In this document: positions 1-13,363 of the stretch, in pieces
Position numbering within the stretch: position 1 is the stretch's first letter
Layout of the letters: each line of letters opens with the position of its first letter
Assembly (NCBI RefSeq): GCF_036971445.1
Contig: NC_091475.1
Span: 28,892,001 to 28,956,000 of the forward strand
From: Narcine bancroftii
Taxonomy: Eukaryota
DNA length: 64,000 nucleotides
Direction of reading: 5' to 3'
Translations under genes and position numbers: made by a program
Notes under the pieces: generated by a model
Seen by the model: the letters and a program-made list of their open reading frames with translations, nothing else
Database searches by the model: none
Told to the model about the DNA's origin: nothing

Positions 1-229
1 AAATTAAGGAATCTGTCAGTCGAAATGCAATGGCACTTGAGTGACCTTTCAGAATGCACAAATGCACATAATAAATGCAGTCCACCAATTCCAAGGAACA
101 GAGCCACAATTTCAAGTTAATTATAGCACAGTGTTGAATAGCAGGTCACATGATGGGTAATCCTCAGAAAAGCAATCAATGACTGAAAGATTAATAAGGA
201 AGAAAACATTATTGCACTCAAAAATCCCA

Positions 230-1050
230 ATCAACCTACAGTGAGCAAATTGACAAAGTCTCTGGGCCCTGATGGATTTCATCCTTGAGCTAGCCAACGT
301 ATTAATATCAACTTTCCAAATTACTTTGTTGGTTGAAGGCCAAGTATCTGAAGTTATCTAAATAGATAGTTTGAAAAACTGAGCTGCAGAGGATCTGGGT
401 GTCCTTGTGCATGACTTAAAAATTTGCTTGTATGCAGGCACGGTTCACAATGAACAAAGCAAGCAAACTGTGAAGGGATTAGAATATTTAAAAAAAGGCA
501 GGATAAGTGCTTCAAGGCCAATGATAAGATGAGATTTTAAAAAAATGTACAATATCAATCGTCAGATTCAAGGAAGGATGTTAATGCAGGGGACTGAGAG
601 TGTAGGGGGACAAGAAAAACAGTGCATGTTGGGGTCAAGCCCAATACACAAACGTGCTGGGGTAACTCAGGCACTGATAAGAAGCAAAGGGTACCCGGCA
701 TTTTGGGCCTGAGCCCACGTATAAAATATATTTTTTTTGAATTTAAAAAAAAAGGATGTTAATGCAGGTCAGATAACGCTCACTGGATAGCCTCTCGACA
801 TTACGAATAGGCTTATTGCATGAGAGAAGATTGGACCAAGCTTGTGACTTGAGAAACAAGAAAGGGTGGATGGAAAGAAAACATTTCCTCTTGTGGAAGC
901 ATCTAGAACTGCTCAAAATAAGGGGTCACTCATTTAAGACAGATGAGGCACTTTTTTCTCTCAGTGGGCAAATATTTGGAATTACTTCTCTCAAACAGCA
1001 GTGGGAGAAAGATTAATGCATGTAAATTGGAATGCCAAATCAAAGTTATA
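230..1050 (+). mobile_element. Highly degraded CR1-type LINE fragments with a short Penelope-end repeat near 620-720
   Basis: CR1-like motifs (aagtctctgggccctgatgg; agaggatctgggtgtccttgtgcat; aggggtcactcatttaag). Boundaries approximate. Confidence 0.5.
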
Positions 1051-1593
1051 ATAAGACTAACTGTGATCTTTTTAAGTGGCTTGTCTAATTCCTGTCTTGA
1101 TGCAGATTCAATAAAATGTTTTTATAGTTTAAAAAAAACTATAACATGATATTGTTATGCATCATTTAACATATCTGTGCAACACAACAGAAATGCATTA
1201 TTGTTTGTTTTCAATCTGTTAATAATCTTAATCACTTCATTAAAACAAAAAAACCCAGAATGTTGCATGATATAAAATGTGAACACAGCACAAGAAATAA
1301 ATCAGATTTTAAATCATCTTTCATTATTTGAATTACAGATCTGTCTCCAAAGTTGCACTATAACAAAGAATATTTTAATATCAAGAAAAACTTTCTTAAA
1401 TTTTGAACAAAAATACACGTCAATAAAATGCCTGGGAGATAACTTTATTGTATAATGCTTGTAAAACATGCCCACAGTAAGAAAGAAAGAGTGTGTGTGT
1501 ATAGAGAGGGAGGGAGGGAGGGAGACTATTTAGAAAGTTTCAAACATTTGAAGTCATACTAAAACAATCCATTACTCGTGGATTCAACACTCA

Positions 1594-1812
<219 letters not shown>

Positions 1813-2111
1813 TTACTGGTTTGCTCCAGACATTTTTGTCTGTTTATTACAAACATTTTCCAATTTCCCACATTAATAATATACTTTATAAAATATTAAG
1901 AGAACAGAGGTAGCACAACAGGTTATAACACTTTATTTCAAATTTTATTCTTAAAGTGCTATTCTAGAATCAGTTAAAAAAAAATCTAAAATGAAATTTT
2001 TCTTGAGAATATTTTTTTCTTGTGAACTACTTCTATAATCCTGCAAATAATTCAGATACATTATTAAGTTATGAATGGAATGCATTGATATGGCAATGGC
2101 AATCATGGTAC

Positions 2112-2299
2112 CTGTTAGAGGGCCGACATTCCAAGCAATGTTGTTGCACCATCCAATGGCCTGAACCCAGTGCACTGTACCAGCATTTATCCATACTAGA
2201 TCTCCTGGACGCTGAATGAAGCGATAAACTGGTACATTAGCTTCGTAAAGATCCTCTAAATTCGGCCACCATGAGCCCATCAAAAAATTTATGTTATTC
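2112..2299 (-). CDS. KDM6A: KDM6A exon ~26 (JmjC, third Fe ligand in GTVHW): [16 protein letters not shown]...[10 protein letters not shown]
   Basis: 188 nt; ttgccag acceptor, G/gtacca donor. Confidence 0.97.
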
Positions 2300-2565
2300 C
2301 TGGCAAGGAAAATACATACACCATTATTGTACCCTGCAGCTTCAAAATGTTCTAATTTCCCTCTCTTCATTTTCATTTCTCCTATTTGTCTTCTTCAGTC
2401 AGATTAACTGCAATTGATAATTTTTGCTTTTTCTCAGCTGATGTTGCCAGCATTTAAGAATCAGTCTTTTTTTTTTGATCTCTATACTATCATAGAGACT
2501 GTTGTTGTTCTCTCCAGTTTCGCTTTTTCTGCAATTTGAAACATATTTAAGTTGTTTTCTTGGTT

Positions 2566-2597
2566 CTGATGAAAGGTCATCAACCTGAAATGCTAAC
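2566..2597 (+). ncRNA. Degenerate minimal hammerhead-ribozyme core in a Penelope-type terminal repeat
   Basis: gtt-CTGATGA-A-AGGT(catca)ACCT-GAAA-tgct-aac; cleavage-site region mutated. Confidence 0.5.
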
Positions 2598-2916
2598 TTT
2601 GTTTCTTTCCTTACATCAGTGCCTCTCCTCAGATATAGAGCATTTAATAGGGTGTTTACAGCATTCCATTTTATTTTTGAAAAGGTGAAGTCAAGTTGCT
2701 TTTATCTTAACTGGGAACATTAAGTAGCAACTTTGGATGTGTTGAAAAATTCAAAGGCTGAAGCAGAATAGGGAGAAAGAAAGGGCCATTTCAACAACCA
2801 AAGGGTAAACCAGATGGGAGAAAACTGATAAAATTAAAAGACAGGAGAAACCTTCTTGCATCAACAGTTGTGCAGCTGCAGTAAATAGGATAACAGCGAT
2901 GCAGTTGCTGCACTAA

Positions 2917-3780
2917 AGGGTTGCACAGCAGCTCCGTGAGTAGAGATAGTATCACACACAGAGCTGGAGACTGACGTTCAATCCCAACCTTGGGAGTCTC
3001 ACTCTGGAGTTGACATGTTCTCCCTGTGACCACATGGGTTCCTCCAGGTGGTCTGGTTTCTTCCTGCATCCTAAAACTCCTAAAACAACACTACGGTAGT
3101 TTGCAACCCCATTGCATGAAGGGTGCATTTTCCATTGTTAGGTCACCCACACCATGTTCCTTTCCTGTTCTCTCTCTTTGTTCAACATTTTCCTTTCACT
3201 CCCTCCCTCATCCCCATTTAACCTTGATATGTTACTTTGAACCACCTGGCTCCATCTGCTCATCACTATCCAACTGGGTTTCTATTCCCTTGGCCTACCT
3301 TTCCTATCCCCTCCCCTATCTACTTCCATCTGTGCATAAAACCCTCTTCTACTAGTCTTGACCTTCCTTCTCCTCCTTACCTACCCCGCTCCATCTACCA
3401 ATCATCCCATCTTGCGAATCACCCATCTTCTAATGTCTTAACCCACACTCTCATCGCTGTATACTAGCTTCTATCCCCCTACAAGCTCAGCTCTGAAGCT
3501 TGGTTTTGACTGGAAACATAAAAGCCACCACATAAAAACAGACCATCCATTTGCTTCCTGAGATGCTGCTTGATCGAATGGGTTCTTCCAGCAGGTTCCA
3601 GCACACGCAGTCCCATGCGCCTCCAAAAGGCATGCAGATTGGGAGGTTAATTCTCCACAGTAAATAGCCCCCTGTAGAAAGGTGAGGAAATGACCCCGTG
3701 GGTGGCTGGTGAGAATATGGGGAGAATAAAAAAGGGACTCAATGGCATAAGGGCCTGTTTGCATCTCTCTAGGACTCTAT
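2917..3780 (+). mobile_element. HE1/V-SINE-like tRNA-derived SINE, split by a pyrimidine-rich insert (~3085-3635)
   Basis: B-box-like gttcaatccc followed by V-domain-like ggagttgacatgttctccctgtgaccacatgggttcctccagg. Confidence 0.6.
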
Positions 3781-5961
3781 TTGACAAGAGGCTAGATAAA
3801 TGGCTGAAGGTCTGCAAATAAAACAATGAAAGAACAAAGTTGATACACTGGTCTGATGATCAAACACGGTGGACTCATTGGCACTAAATTGTCTGTGATT
3901 GTTTTGCAATATCAGTGAAAATCTATAAATAAAGGCCTTATTTCATGGCTTTGTAATTTACTGTATTGTATTAAACTGATCAATTAAAGTTGGCAAAATC
4001 ATCTACTGACACGAGGGCAACAAAGCAGGATTAAGCGCACAATTCAAGAAAAAGCAAACTAGGTTTGAGGTGTGAGTCACAAAATATTTTGCGTTAATCA
4101 GAAAGAATGGTTTAAAAGAATAAAACTTGACTTTTATGTCACAATAAGACAAACTATATTGGAGAAAGCCAAACAAAAACATTACAAGCAGGAATGAAAA
4201 ACACGAAGCATGTGAAAAGGAAGCATGAGATTTTAATGTTTCCATGTAATTTTAATTGGGCCTATATTAATATAATTTCTAAATGTGGTGGATTCTAGTT
4301 AGTGCAATTTTAATTTTGTTACTGATGGATGTGACTAACAAGACAAACTGGACCTTAATTATACAAAATAAGAAAAAAAAACCAAGATATTTTCAATTCA
4401 GGACAGCTTGCAATTAGTAAGTTTTCCATGTGTCTGCGTGCCCGTGATCTTCCAGGCAGTTCAGACATTTGGGAAATGCTGGTGATAGAGCCACAGTAAG
4501 CTGCTTCAGGGCACCTTATGGATATTATTCGCTACAGTCGTGTTGCACAGTGAAGAGATGTGCAAGACTTGAGAAATTTTGCATGTCCCAGGCTGCTTAT
4601 CAGATGTTAACATGCAAATAGAACAGATTCCTAATTTGTACTCTGTAAAAAGTAGTAAATCTTTGTGGGATCTATTAAGTAACTCAACATAAAACATTAA
4701 GCATGAAACTACACTTATGGCCAGTGTTTGAAAGTTGGTGCTATTAAATTTTGACCATTGATGGCACAAAAGATATTTACGATGGATGACTTGTGGAGAG
4801 CAATGCCATTTAATAGGAACTAGTTTTATTATCTTTTTATAAGGTGCCTGGAACCCATTGTGACATAAGCATTTCCTACCAATTACTAGCCCAAACCTGA
4901 ATACTGCTTGCCTACTCCATTATCCAAAAGCAGGAATGGAATTGCATTCTGTCCAATCACCAAAAATCATACCAATTCTAGCTCTATGATATTGGGAAGT
5001 TAACTCTGAGGAAATAATGGAGGATGGTTGGGATTGAAACCCAGCAGCCATGCCTTTAAACTGATTAACCATCTGCATTTTCCTTGGTATGACTCCAGCA
5101 GGTATTTTCCACTTTTACTGGGGTTAACTGATATGAAGGTCAGTCACTCTCATGTTGGAATCAATTTTTTTTGTCTGCACTTAAAACCCAGATCAGCATC
5201 AATATTATTTTAAAATCCAACTTGACACTAGTGGTAAAGAATTATTTCATCAGTTTGCTTCTGATTGAGGATAGACGGATGAAGTAATGATCAAATGGAT
5301 TGGATTTGTACAACTCTGTTCTCAGGACCCTCAGGCAATCTTTTTTTTCTTTTTAAAATATTTTTATTGAGTTTAACATAATAATCCCATATACAAATTA
5401 TATTGATAAAGCAAAGAAATAGGATAATGTATAGACATCATATAATTAAAATAAATGCACAATATAACAAATTTCAAATTTTGTTCATAATTGTTAAATG
5501 TGATTGTTAAAATGGTTATGCTTTATCTGTACTCTATTTTGCTAGCCTTGGGGTGCAGTTCATACTAGATAATATTACATCTGAAATATTGTTGAGACTA
5601 CGACTTCTGGATGAGGCCAAGTTTATGGTGGAGGAAATAAAAGTAATTTAAGAGTGGGGAAAGCAAAATACTAAATGACAGCTTCAACACCAAAAGAATG
5701 GGGCTATACAATATTTTTGTGACAGAGTCTATAAAGTATTACAACTGCCACATTTCCTTGCAAGGATGATCCAGTTTGCAATTCTCAGTTTGAACTTACT
5801 TCATCTTGTCAGGGAGACCAAAAAAATACCCTTTGCAGAGGATGAAATACTTAAGCATTATTGGCCTCCCTACGAAATTACTCAATTTTGTTTTTTCTAC
5901 ATTTTCAGAATTAAAGTACATGTTATACAACATCTATTCCCTACTATGAAAATATTCTTAC

Positions 5962-6076
5962 TTTTCACAAAAATCATTCATAACTGCCCAGTATGATTCA
6001 GGTACAGCAAACCATTCACAATCACCAGGTCCTATATTAATATTAACAGAGCAGAAATTGTTGTTTTCTTGATGAC
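5962..6076 (-). CDS. KDM6A: KDM6A exon ~25 (JmjC, H-Q-E Fe ligands): [38 protein letters not shown](K)
   Basis: 115 nt; tatag acceptor, AA/gtaaga donor. Confidence 0.97.
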
Positions 6077-6459
6077 CTATAATCAAACACAAAATACTTA
6101 AATTACAAAAAGGTCCAAGTTCAAAACAAAGAAATGTATATTTTCTATTTCTGAAGCTTTTTAAAAACCCTTCCAACATGCAATCTGTCAAATTATGCAA
6201 TTTATTGAAACACAAAACATTTCAAAAGGACTGAACATCAAACACAAAATTTCAACAGATTTCTATCTTCTGTGATAAGAATTAGCATTCATTTTATAGT
6301 GGCGGCCCACGAGGTACTATTTTATTTACTGAAATTCCCATTTGATATTTTACTTAAAGAGTATACGTGAAACAACGTTCAATGAAACCTTGCAATATGC
6401 ACCTGTATTTTTTTTTAGCTCAATCGAAGTACATTTCTTATTAAATATGAGTATAACAG

Positions 6460-6715
6460 TATGCCCTCAAAACTAATCAGCAAACTCCAGAGACCTGGGA
6501 GTTAACACCCCACTGTGTAATTTGATCATGGATTTACTCACCTCCAGACCACAATCAGTGAAGATTGGCAAGAACTTCTCCTCTACAATCTCCATCAATA
6601 CCAGAGCACCACAGGCCTGTGTTCTTAGCCCCCTGCTCTACTCACTTCACACCTACAACTGTGTGGCTCAGAATGACAATAACACCATCTACAAATTTGC
6701 CAACGATACTGCGGA
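6460..6715 (+). mobile_element. Rex/Babar-like LINE reverse transcriptase fragment
   Basis: ORF 6522..6719 contains [16 protein letters not shown]...IYKFANDT (QG..LSP / FADD motifs, degenerate). Confidence 0.8.
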
Positions 6716-7299
6716 GTGAACCAAGATCATTATTGACACTGTCAATAACAACACTAATCTTCATGTCATCTGCGAACATAAACAATCATGCCCCTTACAT
6801 CCATATCCAATTCATTCATGCATATGACAAACAGCAAGAGTCCAAATATCGAACCCTTTAGAACACCACTGGTATGAAGTATTCAATCTCAAAAGCACCT
6901 CTATACCACCTCCCTCTGACTCCCTTTGCCACACCAATTTCAAATCCATTTTTTCCAAATTGCTCTGGTCCTGAATTTAGATCAGTCTCTCAAATTGGAC
7001 CTTATAAAAGGTTTTACTGACTTTATCGACTGCATTCCTCTAACACAATGTTGTTACCACCACACAAAATTCATTCATGCTGGCTATCTCTGATCAGTAC
7101 CTGACTTTTCAGTGATCACTTTGGAATAAATCCTTTACCTGTAAGTACTGCAGTTTAACATGTTGCCCCACCCCAAAACAATTATTTAATTGAAAAGTAA
7201 TATCAAGGAAATTAAATTCTACTGCAGCTCTAACAACTAGGACAAATTTATCATATTTTTGATGAACCTTCAAAGTAGTTAAGGCAGAAATGTGGGCAG

Positions 7300-7700
7300 T
7301 GTTCCTCTATCACCCTTCTACATGATTCTGACTCATCATTGTTTGACATTTGCTCTGTGACATAGTATCCTCTGTAAATTTTTAAGATAGTTAGAGAGGT
7401 GTTTGGCTGTACAGTCATGGGCGTACAGTGAGTATAATAGGGAGATGATTACGCAGCCTTGCAGAACAGTAGTGTTAAATGTGATTGTTGTCACCCATCC
7501 TCAATTATTGCATCCTGCAGGACAGAAAGTTGTGGACCCAGTTGCAAAGGGGAGTTCAGAGGCCAAGAACTCAAAGTCTGACAGATGAACATCATGCCAG
7601 ATAAACAATTGGTCTAAAGTATTCAACGTAATGTTGAGTTTTTGAAGATGTACATGAATGTCAGGAGTGTTGTGGAATCTATTCGTGCTGGTCATTAAAT
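7300..7700 (-). mobile_element. Degraded Rex/Babar-like RT fragment
   Basis: Reverse complement resembles the QGCV.SPLL region (caaggctgcgtaatcatctccctattatactcactgtac). Confidence 0.5.
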
Positions 7701-7787
7701 GCCACTTTCAAACCACAAAATAAATATTCTGAAACTAGCATGAACTACATCACTGCTAGAGAAATTGAAAACAGAACTGAATAACAT

Positions 7788-8690
7788 TCAAGATTCAATT
7801 TATAGTAATAAACCAGTATTGTATGACAATACATGAAATTTCTTTTTGCCTGCTGCAAGGCATACAGATTTGCCACAGGCAAGAATTGCCTGAGTGCCTC
7901 TTACAGTCTGATTTACAGTCAGAAAGAGAGAAGCAAAAGAGAGATCCCTCCTGCCCCCCCAAGTCACTGAGTGTCCGTAGATTCGTCTCCAGTGCTTTCT
8001 CAGCCCGCACAGCCAAAGTCCAGTCCTAACCATTGGCAACCCGAGCTCCCGATCAGAACCTCTGACACGGTCAGGAACCTTTTAGCGCCTTCGGCACCTC
8101 CTCACATTCCGGTTCCGATACCTGGTATCCCTCCAGCCAGTTCAAGCCAGTCTCCAGCAGTCTGAAGCCCAGCACAAGTCTCCCAACACCAGGCTTCAGC
8201 AGCCCACAGCTTCCACATGTTCCTTGCCTCGAATTGCCAGCAGCCCGCTGCATGCACTGGTCCCTCAGCCACAGAGCCCTCACTGATCCACTGCCATGGT
8301 CACCGTCCCCATGGGTCCCCTCCTCCACTTCTCCCTTTCAGACAGTGCGTGACCTTTCCATTCTCTGGTGCCCTGCTCCAGTCCTCCACTTCCCTGGAGT
8401 CTGCAGTTCCTTGTGCCTGCTGCCAATTAAAAGGTGCCGCCATCTTGGGCGCAGACCCACAGTCGCTGGATTTCAACTAAAACCACCACCATCTCCCTCA
8501 ACAGGCCATTCAAAGCCTGTGCAGGGCCGATGGCAGTCAACTGGGTGGCTGGACCCCACGGGAGTGCTGCATCTCCGCTCCCCATGGGTCCGCACCAGCG
8601 GCAGCGCTGCCATTACAGTGGCTCCAGCAGCACCGCATCTTAACTGCATACGTGAATTGGTGGGAAAAAAATTCCGGTTCTGTTATTGAT
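7788..8690 (-). mobile_element. GC-rich non-autonomous retroelement/SINE-like repeat with ttgaa-type tail
   Basis: Shares ccgagctcc...gaacctctgacacg.tcaggaacc and the tail region with the inverted copy at 12336-12600. Confidence 0.55.
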
Positions 8691-9600
8691 GAAAAATGTC
8701 TGAGACATCTCTACAGAAATGTGGTGCTTGTGAAAGAAAGAAATAACAGTAAACATTGTACTCAGTAGGTAATGCCATATCTGAGGAAAGAGAATCAGAG
8801 ATAATACTTCCCTTTGCACAACTGTGACCTGACCTGCTAAATGTTCCCAGTATTTTGTGTTCATATTTTGTATTTCCAGCATTCTGCAGTTTGTTTTTTT
8901 TACAATAAAAAAATCATTTTGATACCTGTAATAATTGGGCACCAACAATAAACAAGAAGATCCCAATTGTTATAATTCCAGGCAGGGAACTTTCCAGCTG
9001 CCAGCATTGCTGAATGTATATATGGTAGATGTGCCTGTGAGTTCTAACACAATATTTCGTACAAGACTGAAACTTGCAGATGTGGGTGTTACTTGAGAAA
9101 GAATAGAAAATGTTTGCTGGAATGATACTTTGGTAATTGTGAATCTTTTCTGCAAAATAGGGCCAATTCCCAATCAACTTGCAATAATTAAGTCATAAAA
9201 ACAATTTCTTTTGTTGGGCTATAATCCCTACAATTTGGACCACGTGGAATAAAAGAATGAACAGTTTAAAGGAAATAATCATGAGCAAAGAAGACAATCT
9301 ATTTGCTTCATTCAGTTAAACATGCATGCTTAACAAAGCTTTCAAAACAGTAATTCTCTTTGTTAAAGGTTACATTATAGATGAAATTAATCCCAGCAGT
9401 ATTGCATCTGTAGCCACTGGCACCTTGGCCCAGAAATTGACAGCCAATTTACAGGTTAAGGGTCCAGTGGAAAAGCAATTCAATCAGGACGCAGGCATCA
9501 AATGGCATCAAAGCATGCCAGGGATTGACGGCCTCAACCCCGACTCAAATCCCCTGCGCATTAAACAAGTGGAAAAAGGACAAGGTGCATCCCTAGATTA

Positions 9601-10280
9601 CAGGTGCCTAACCTTTTATTCCAAGATCATTGGGACTTGTCACCTGCCATTGTTCAAAATCTTCCGGATTTTGGAATAATTTTGATATCGGTCCCTTTAA
9701 GCAAATGCCTCACTCCGAGCCCCGATTATCCATTCCCCAGCCCATCCATTGGAACACCCCCCTCCCCCAGGCTGGTGCAGGCTATTTTGCATCCTAGGCC
9801 AGCAGCCAAGCAGGGAAGAAGGTTGGAACATGGCAGCAGGGTGCAGTGCTGCTGAGCCCAGAGTTTATGGAGTGCCTCACCAGATCGCGGTGATGGATCA
9901 ATGTGGGAACAATGGCCGTCTTCATTACCCATAATCCCCCATGCAGCTGAAACTGCTCAGCCAGTGCCAGGGTGCTTCCAGCTGCGTGGGGTAAGGGTAG
10001 AAATTATGGGTAAGGAAGACAGCCATTGCTTCTGCATTGAGCCCACTGCCTGCTTCTCTCCCACCGGGTGCTGTGGACCGAGCACCTATCCACTGAAGGT
10101 AAGATAAGGTGCCGTGGGGTAGGGACGGGGACTTGGTTGGGGGAGAATGTCTCCCTCTGAAAACGGAGAATTTATTATAGGAAATTAACATTACTTACGT
10201 GTAATGTCATGTACCAAAAAAGTGCATTTTTTTTAAAGGTTGCCTGTGTTCGGAATCCTGGATAAAAAGTTAGGCATCTG
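9601..10280. mobile_element. Tc1/mariner (Tigger/pogo-like) MITE, 680 bp
   Basis: TA-CAGGTGCCTAACCTTTTATTCC ... GGATAAAAAGTTAGGCATCTG-TA: terminal inverted repeats plus TA TSD. Confidence 0.8.
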
Positions 10281-10841
10281 TATTATTGAAGGTAGACTCT
10301 TCAATCATCAGGGATGACTTGTGGTCAGTGGGAAAGCAGTTTGTGTCCTGGTTAAAAGTGGCCCAGTGGAAACCTCAAAAACAGGGATGCCAGTTGAAAA
10401 AGGACTTCAGTCATGTATTCTCTCAGCTTTGGACTTAAAATTCTGTTCACCTTCATCCTGCAAAATTTTTCTATTGTGTATGCATTACCTTTCCTGGTAC
10501 TTCTTCACAAATCCATTTTTAAACATTTAACCATTCAACTTTTTGTTTTACAGTAAACTATGCTTTTTGAACAATTTATGATACCAAATATCCTGCTTTC
10601 ATGCCGTCAGCCATTCTGAAGACTAATCACAATATTCATAAAAATTATTTGTATGCTAAGAACAGAAAGTGAATCCAACATTAATACTTGTAGTCCACCC
10701 ATAGAACATTTGCTCAAAGTTAGCAAAAACCCTAAAACCTGATTTCTTGCGTATATAATGTTAGTCTTCCTTCACCATACTAGACCCAAATATTCCATGA
10801 AATGTATGAAATTCCTCGTAAAAAAGAAAATTTTTTACACT

Positions 10842-12059
10842 AGGCCTACTACCATGTAAAATGGGGTTTACTGTGCAATTTGCATGGTTTGCAACCCAAT
10901 TACATGGCGATTTGAAAGGGTCCAACTGGGTCAACCCAGTCAGAACCCAAACCGGTCCCTGACCTACCTCAGAGGTGGTCAGGGAACCCAGTAAATATTA
11001 CCCGGGCGTCCTGGTCCAGTGGTTTGAAAGAGGAAAGGCTGACCTAGTTACTCTGATGACGTCAGTGCTTGCGTCACAGGGAAACCCCTGGCCAGGGGCG
11101 GGGCCAAGGGGGGGGCATCCATGGGCATTGCCCCACATTGGTGTCCAGTGCCCCCACCAAATATGGTCGCAGCCATCCCTGGCCGTCAGACTCAACCCGT
11201 TTCTTCCAGCATCAGGAGGCGTCTAGGTTGACACATGCCAGCGACTCTCCACCCACACCTGACCGCGTCACGAGACTCTTGATGCAATAAAAAAGGAGCA
11301 CCCTCAACAAGAGCGATTCCCCTGCTAGTATTCCCCCCCCCCCCATTGACAGGATGGTCTCTGTCTTCCCCCCAACTCGCTAATTCCCCCCTCTAATATA
11401 CTTTCTGGCATCGACCTTGCCCCTGGCAGAGGTGCCGCTGCTGTGATCAAGGGGAGAGTGGGGGGGCTGTGATTGGGGGAAGAGAGGTCACTGCCGTGGG
11501 GGGAAGAGAGGTCACTACCTCAATTGGGCGGAGAGTGGGGGTCCGCGATGTGCCACTGCTGCGAATGCTACCCTGGTTTGCAGCAACAGCTCAATGCGGG
11601 AGTACGGGCGCAATGGCTGCCTTCCTTACCCAAAATCCCCCACAATGCTGGAATTGCACTGGCGCTGGCAGGGGGTGGAGTGTGTGGCAACTGGCGGGAG
11701 GGGTGGGGACTGGTGGAAGGGCGTAGCGGGGATAGACATGAGTGGCAGGGACGGTGATTCACAGGGGGAGGGATGGCAGTGACTAACGGTGGGGGTAATG
11801 GCGACTGACGGGGGGGGGGGGGCTACTGACAGCCAGTGGAGGAAGGGAGGAGAGGTGAAATCTGACGACCGATAGATCAAGTGAGTGCATGACGTGTCAC
11901 TCACTGCATCGCGGAGGCGGGATCCCCCTTAAATCACCGGATTGGCAATTTAACAGGTAGGTCCACCTGTAATTTGCAAGGTACATCCTGCATCCATGAC
12001 CCAGCGATCGTACCTGGGTCCCAGGATGGCTACCTGGGTGCTGCAGTTTGAAAGGGCCT
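10842..12059. mobile_element. Non-autonomous DNA transposon with AGGCC...GGGCCT ends and 3-bp TSD ACT (PIF/Harbinger-related), GC-rich
   Basis: act|AGGCC... and ...GCAGTTTGAAAGGGCCT|act; same family as 29274-29985 in opposite orientation. Confidence 0.75.
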
Positions 12060-12335
12060 ACTGAAATCATTTAGTTATCTATCAAGATTGACCACTTTAA
12101 GGAGCTCGTGAAATATGGCAAACGTGCATATTTACTAACAAATAACCTGTTATTTTTTAAATACTTATTTACGGTATTCCAGTTTTCTCACAGCTGAAGT
12201 TAAGATTACAATGAGATTATCTATCAGTTTATCCTTACTTTTTAGAAATAAATGAATGATTTTGGAAGGCACTGAAAATGGCAGATGCTGCAAGTTTGAA
12301 ATTACAACAAAAAATGCTCAAAAATGTAGCATTTA

Positions 12336-12600
12336 TGAAGGGTTCCTGATCGTGTCAGAGGTTCGTATCTGGAGCTCGGGCTGCTGATGGCTTGGACTGG
12401 ACTGTGTGGCTGCGGGAGCACTGAAGGCAAATCCATGGACACACAGAGACTCTAAGGGGACTTTTCCTTCTTTTTCTCTGACTAAGTGCTTCAGACAATT
12501 TCTGCCAATGGTGAATCTGTCTGCCTTAAAGCAGACGAAAACAAATTTTGTGTAATATTGCACTGTCTTTATCACATGACAATAAATTGAATATTCAATC
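12336..12600 (+). mobile_element. 3' fragment of the same SINE-like family as 7788-8690
   Basis: Inverted similarity to 7790-8080; ends aataaattgaatattcaa. Confidence 0.55.
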
Positions 12601-13156
12601 TCTCACTTGATTTGGCTGCCAATTGTAAATCTTTTATACATTTACCATCTCGAGTTAATCAAACACATCATTAGACAATTCCAGTTATATTTCATTCTCA
12701 TCCTGAATGCTTCCATCCTTGCTTGTTTTATATTTAATTATTCCATTTATTGTCATTTACTGTTTTAGCTGTTTTAAGATGGTTCAGAAAAAAATATTGG
12801 AACTCTTAAGCAGTATTATCAAGCTTTTGAACCTCAGTCTTGTTTGATTGTCCAAATAAAAAGAAATTGCATGCTACAGATCTCATATTTCACGAGCTAA
12901 ATTGAGGATGGAAAAAATAGTAAAACAAGGATAATCATGAAGAGATATAATTTTAATTTTATTTGATGATACTTCAGAGTCACTTAAACTCACCCATAAA
13001 CAAAACAATTAACTTAATACATTCCAACTTCTGTAATAGTATTTTGTGGTTACATATGAAACCAAGAATGCACATAATAAATATGCGGTCAAAATAATTT
13101 CAGAAAAAAACAAAAAAGTTTATTTCACTTATTTCAGTACTTCTAACAATAATTTA

Positions 13157-13363
<207 letters not shown>

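Noticed and set aside
7971-8689. Cluster of overlapping ORFs (up to 151 aa) as a nested gene
   Set aside because: GC-rich repeat with low stop density, a second family copy at 12336-12600, and no recognisable protein motif.
10975-11904. ORFs in the ANT-TSD element as a transposase or Myb protein
   Set aside because: Short, low-complexity, with no DDE or Myb motifs.
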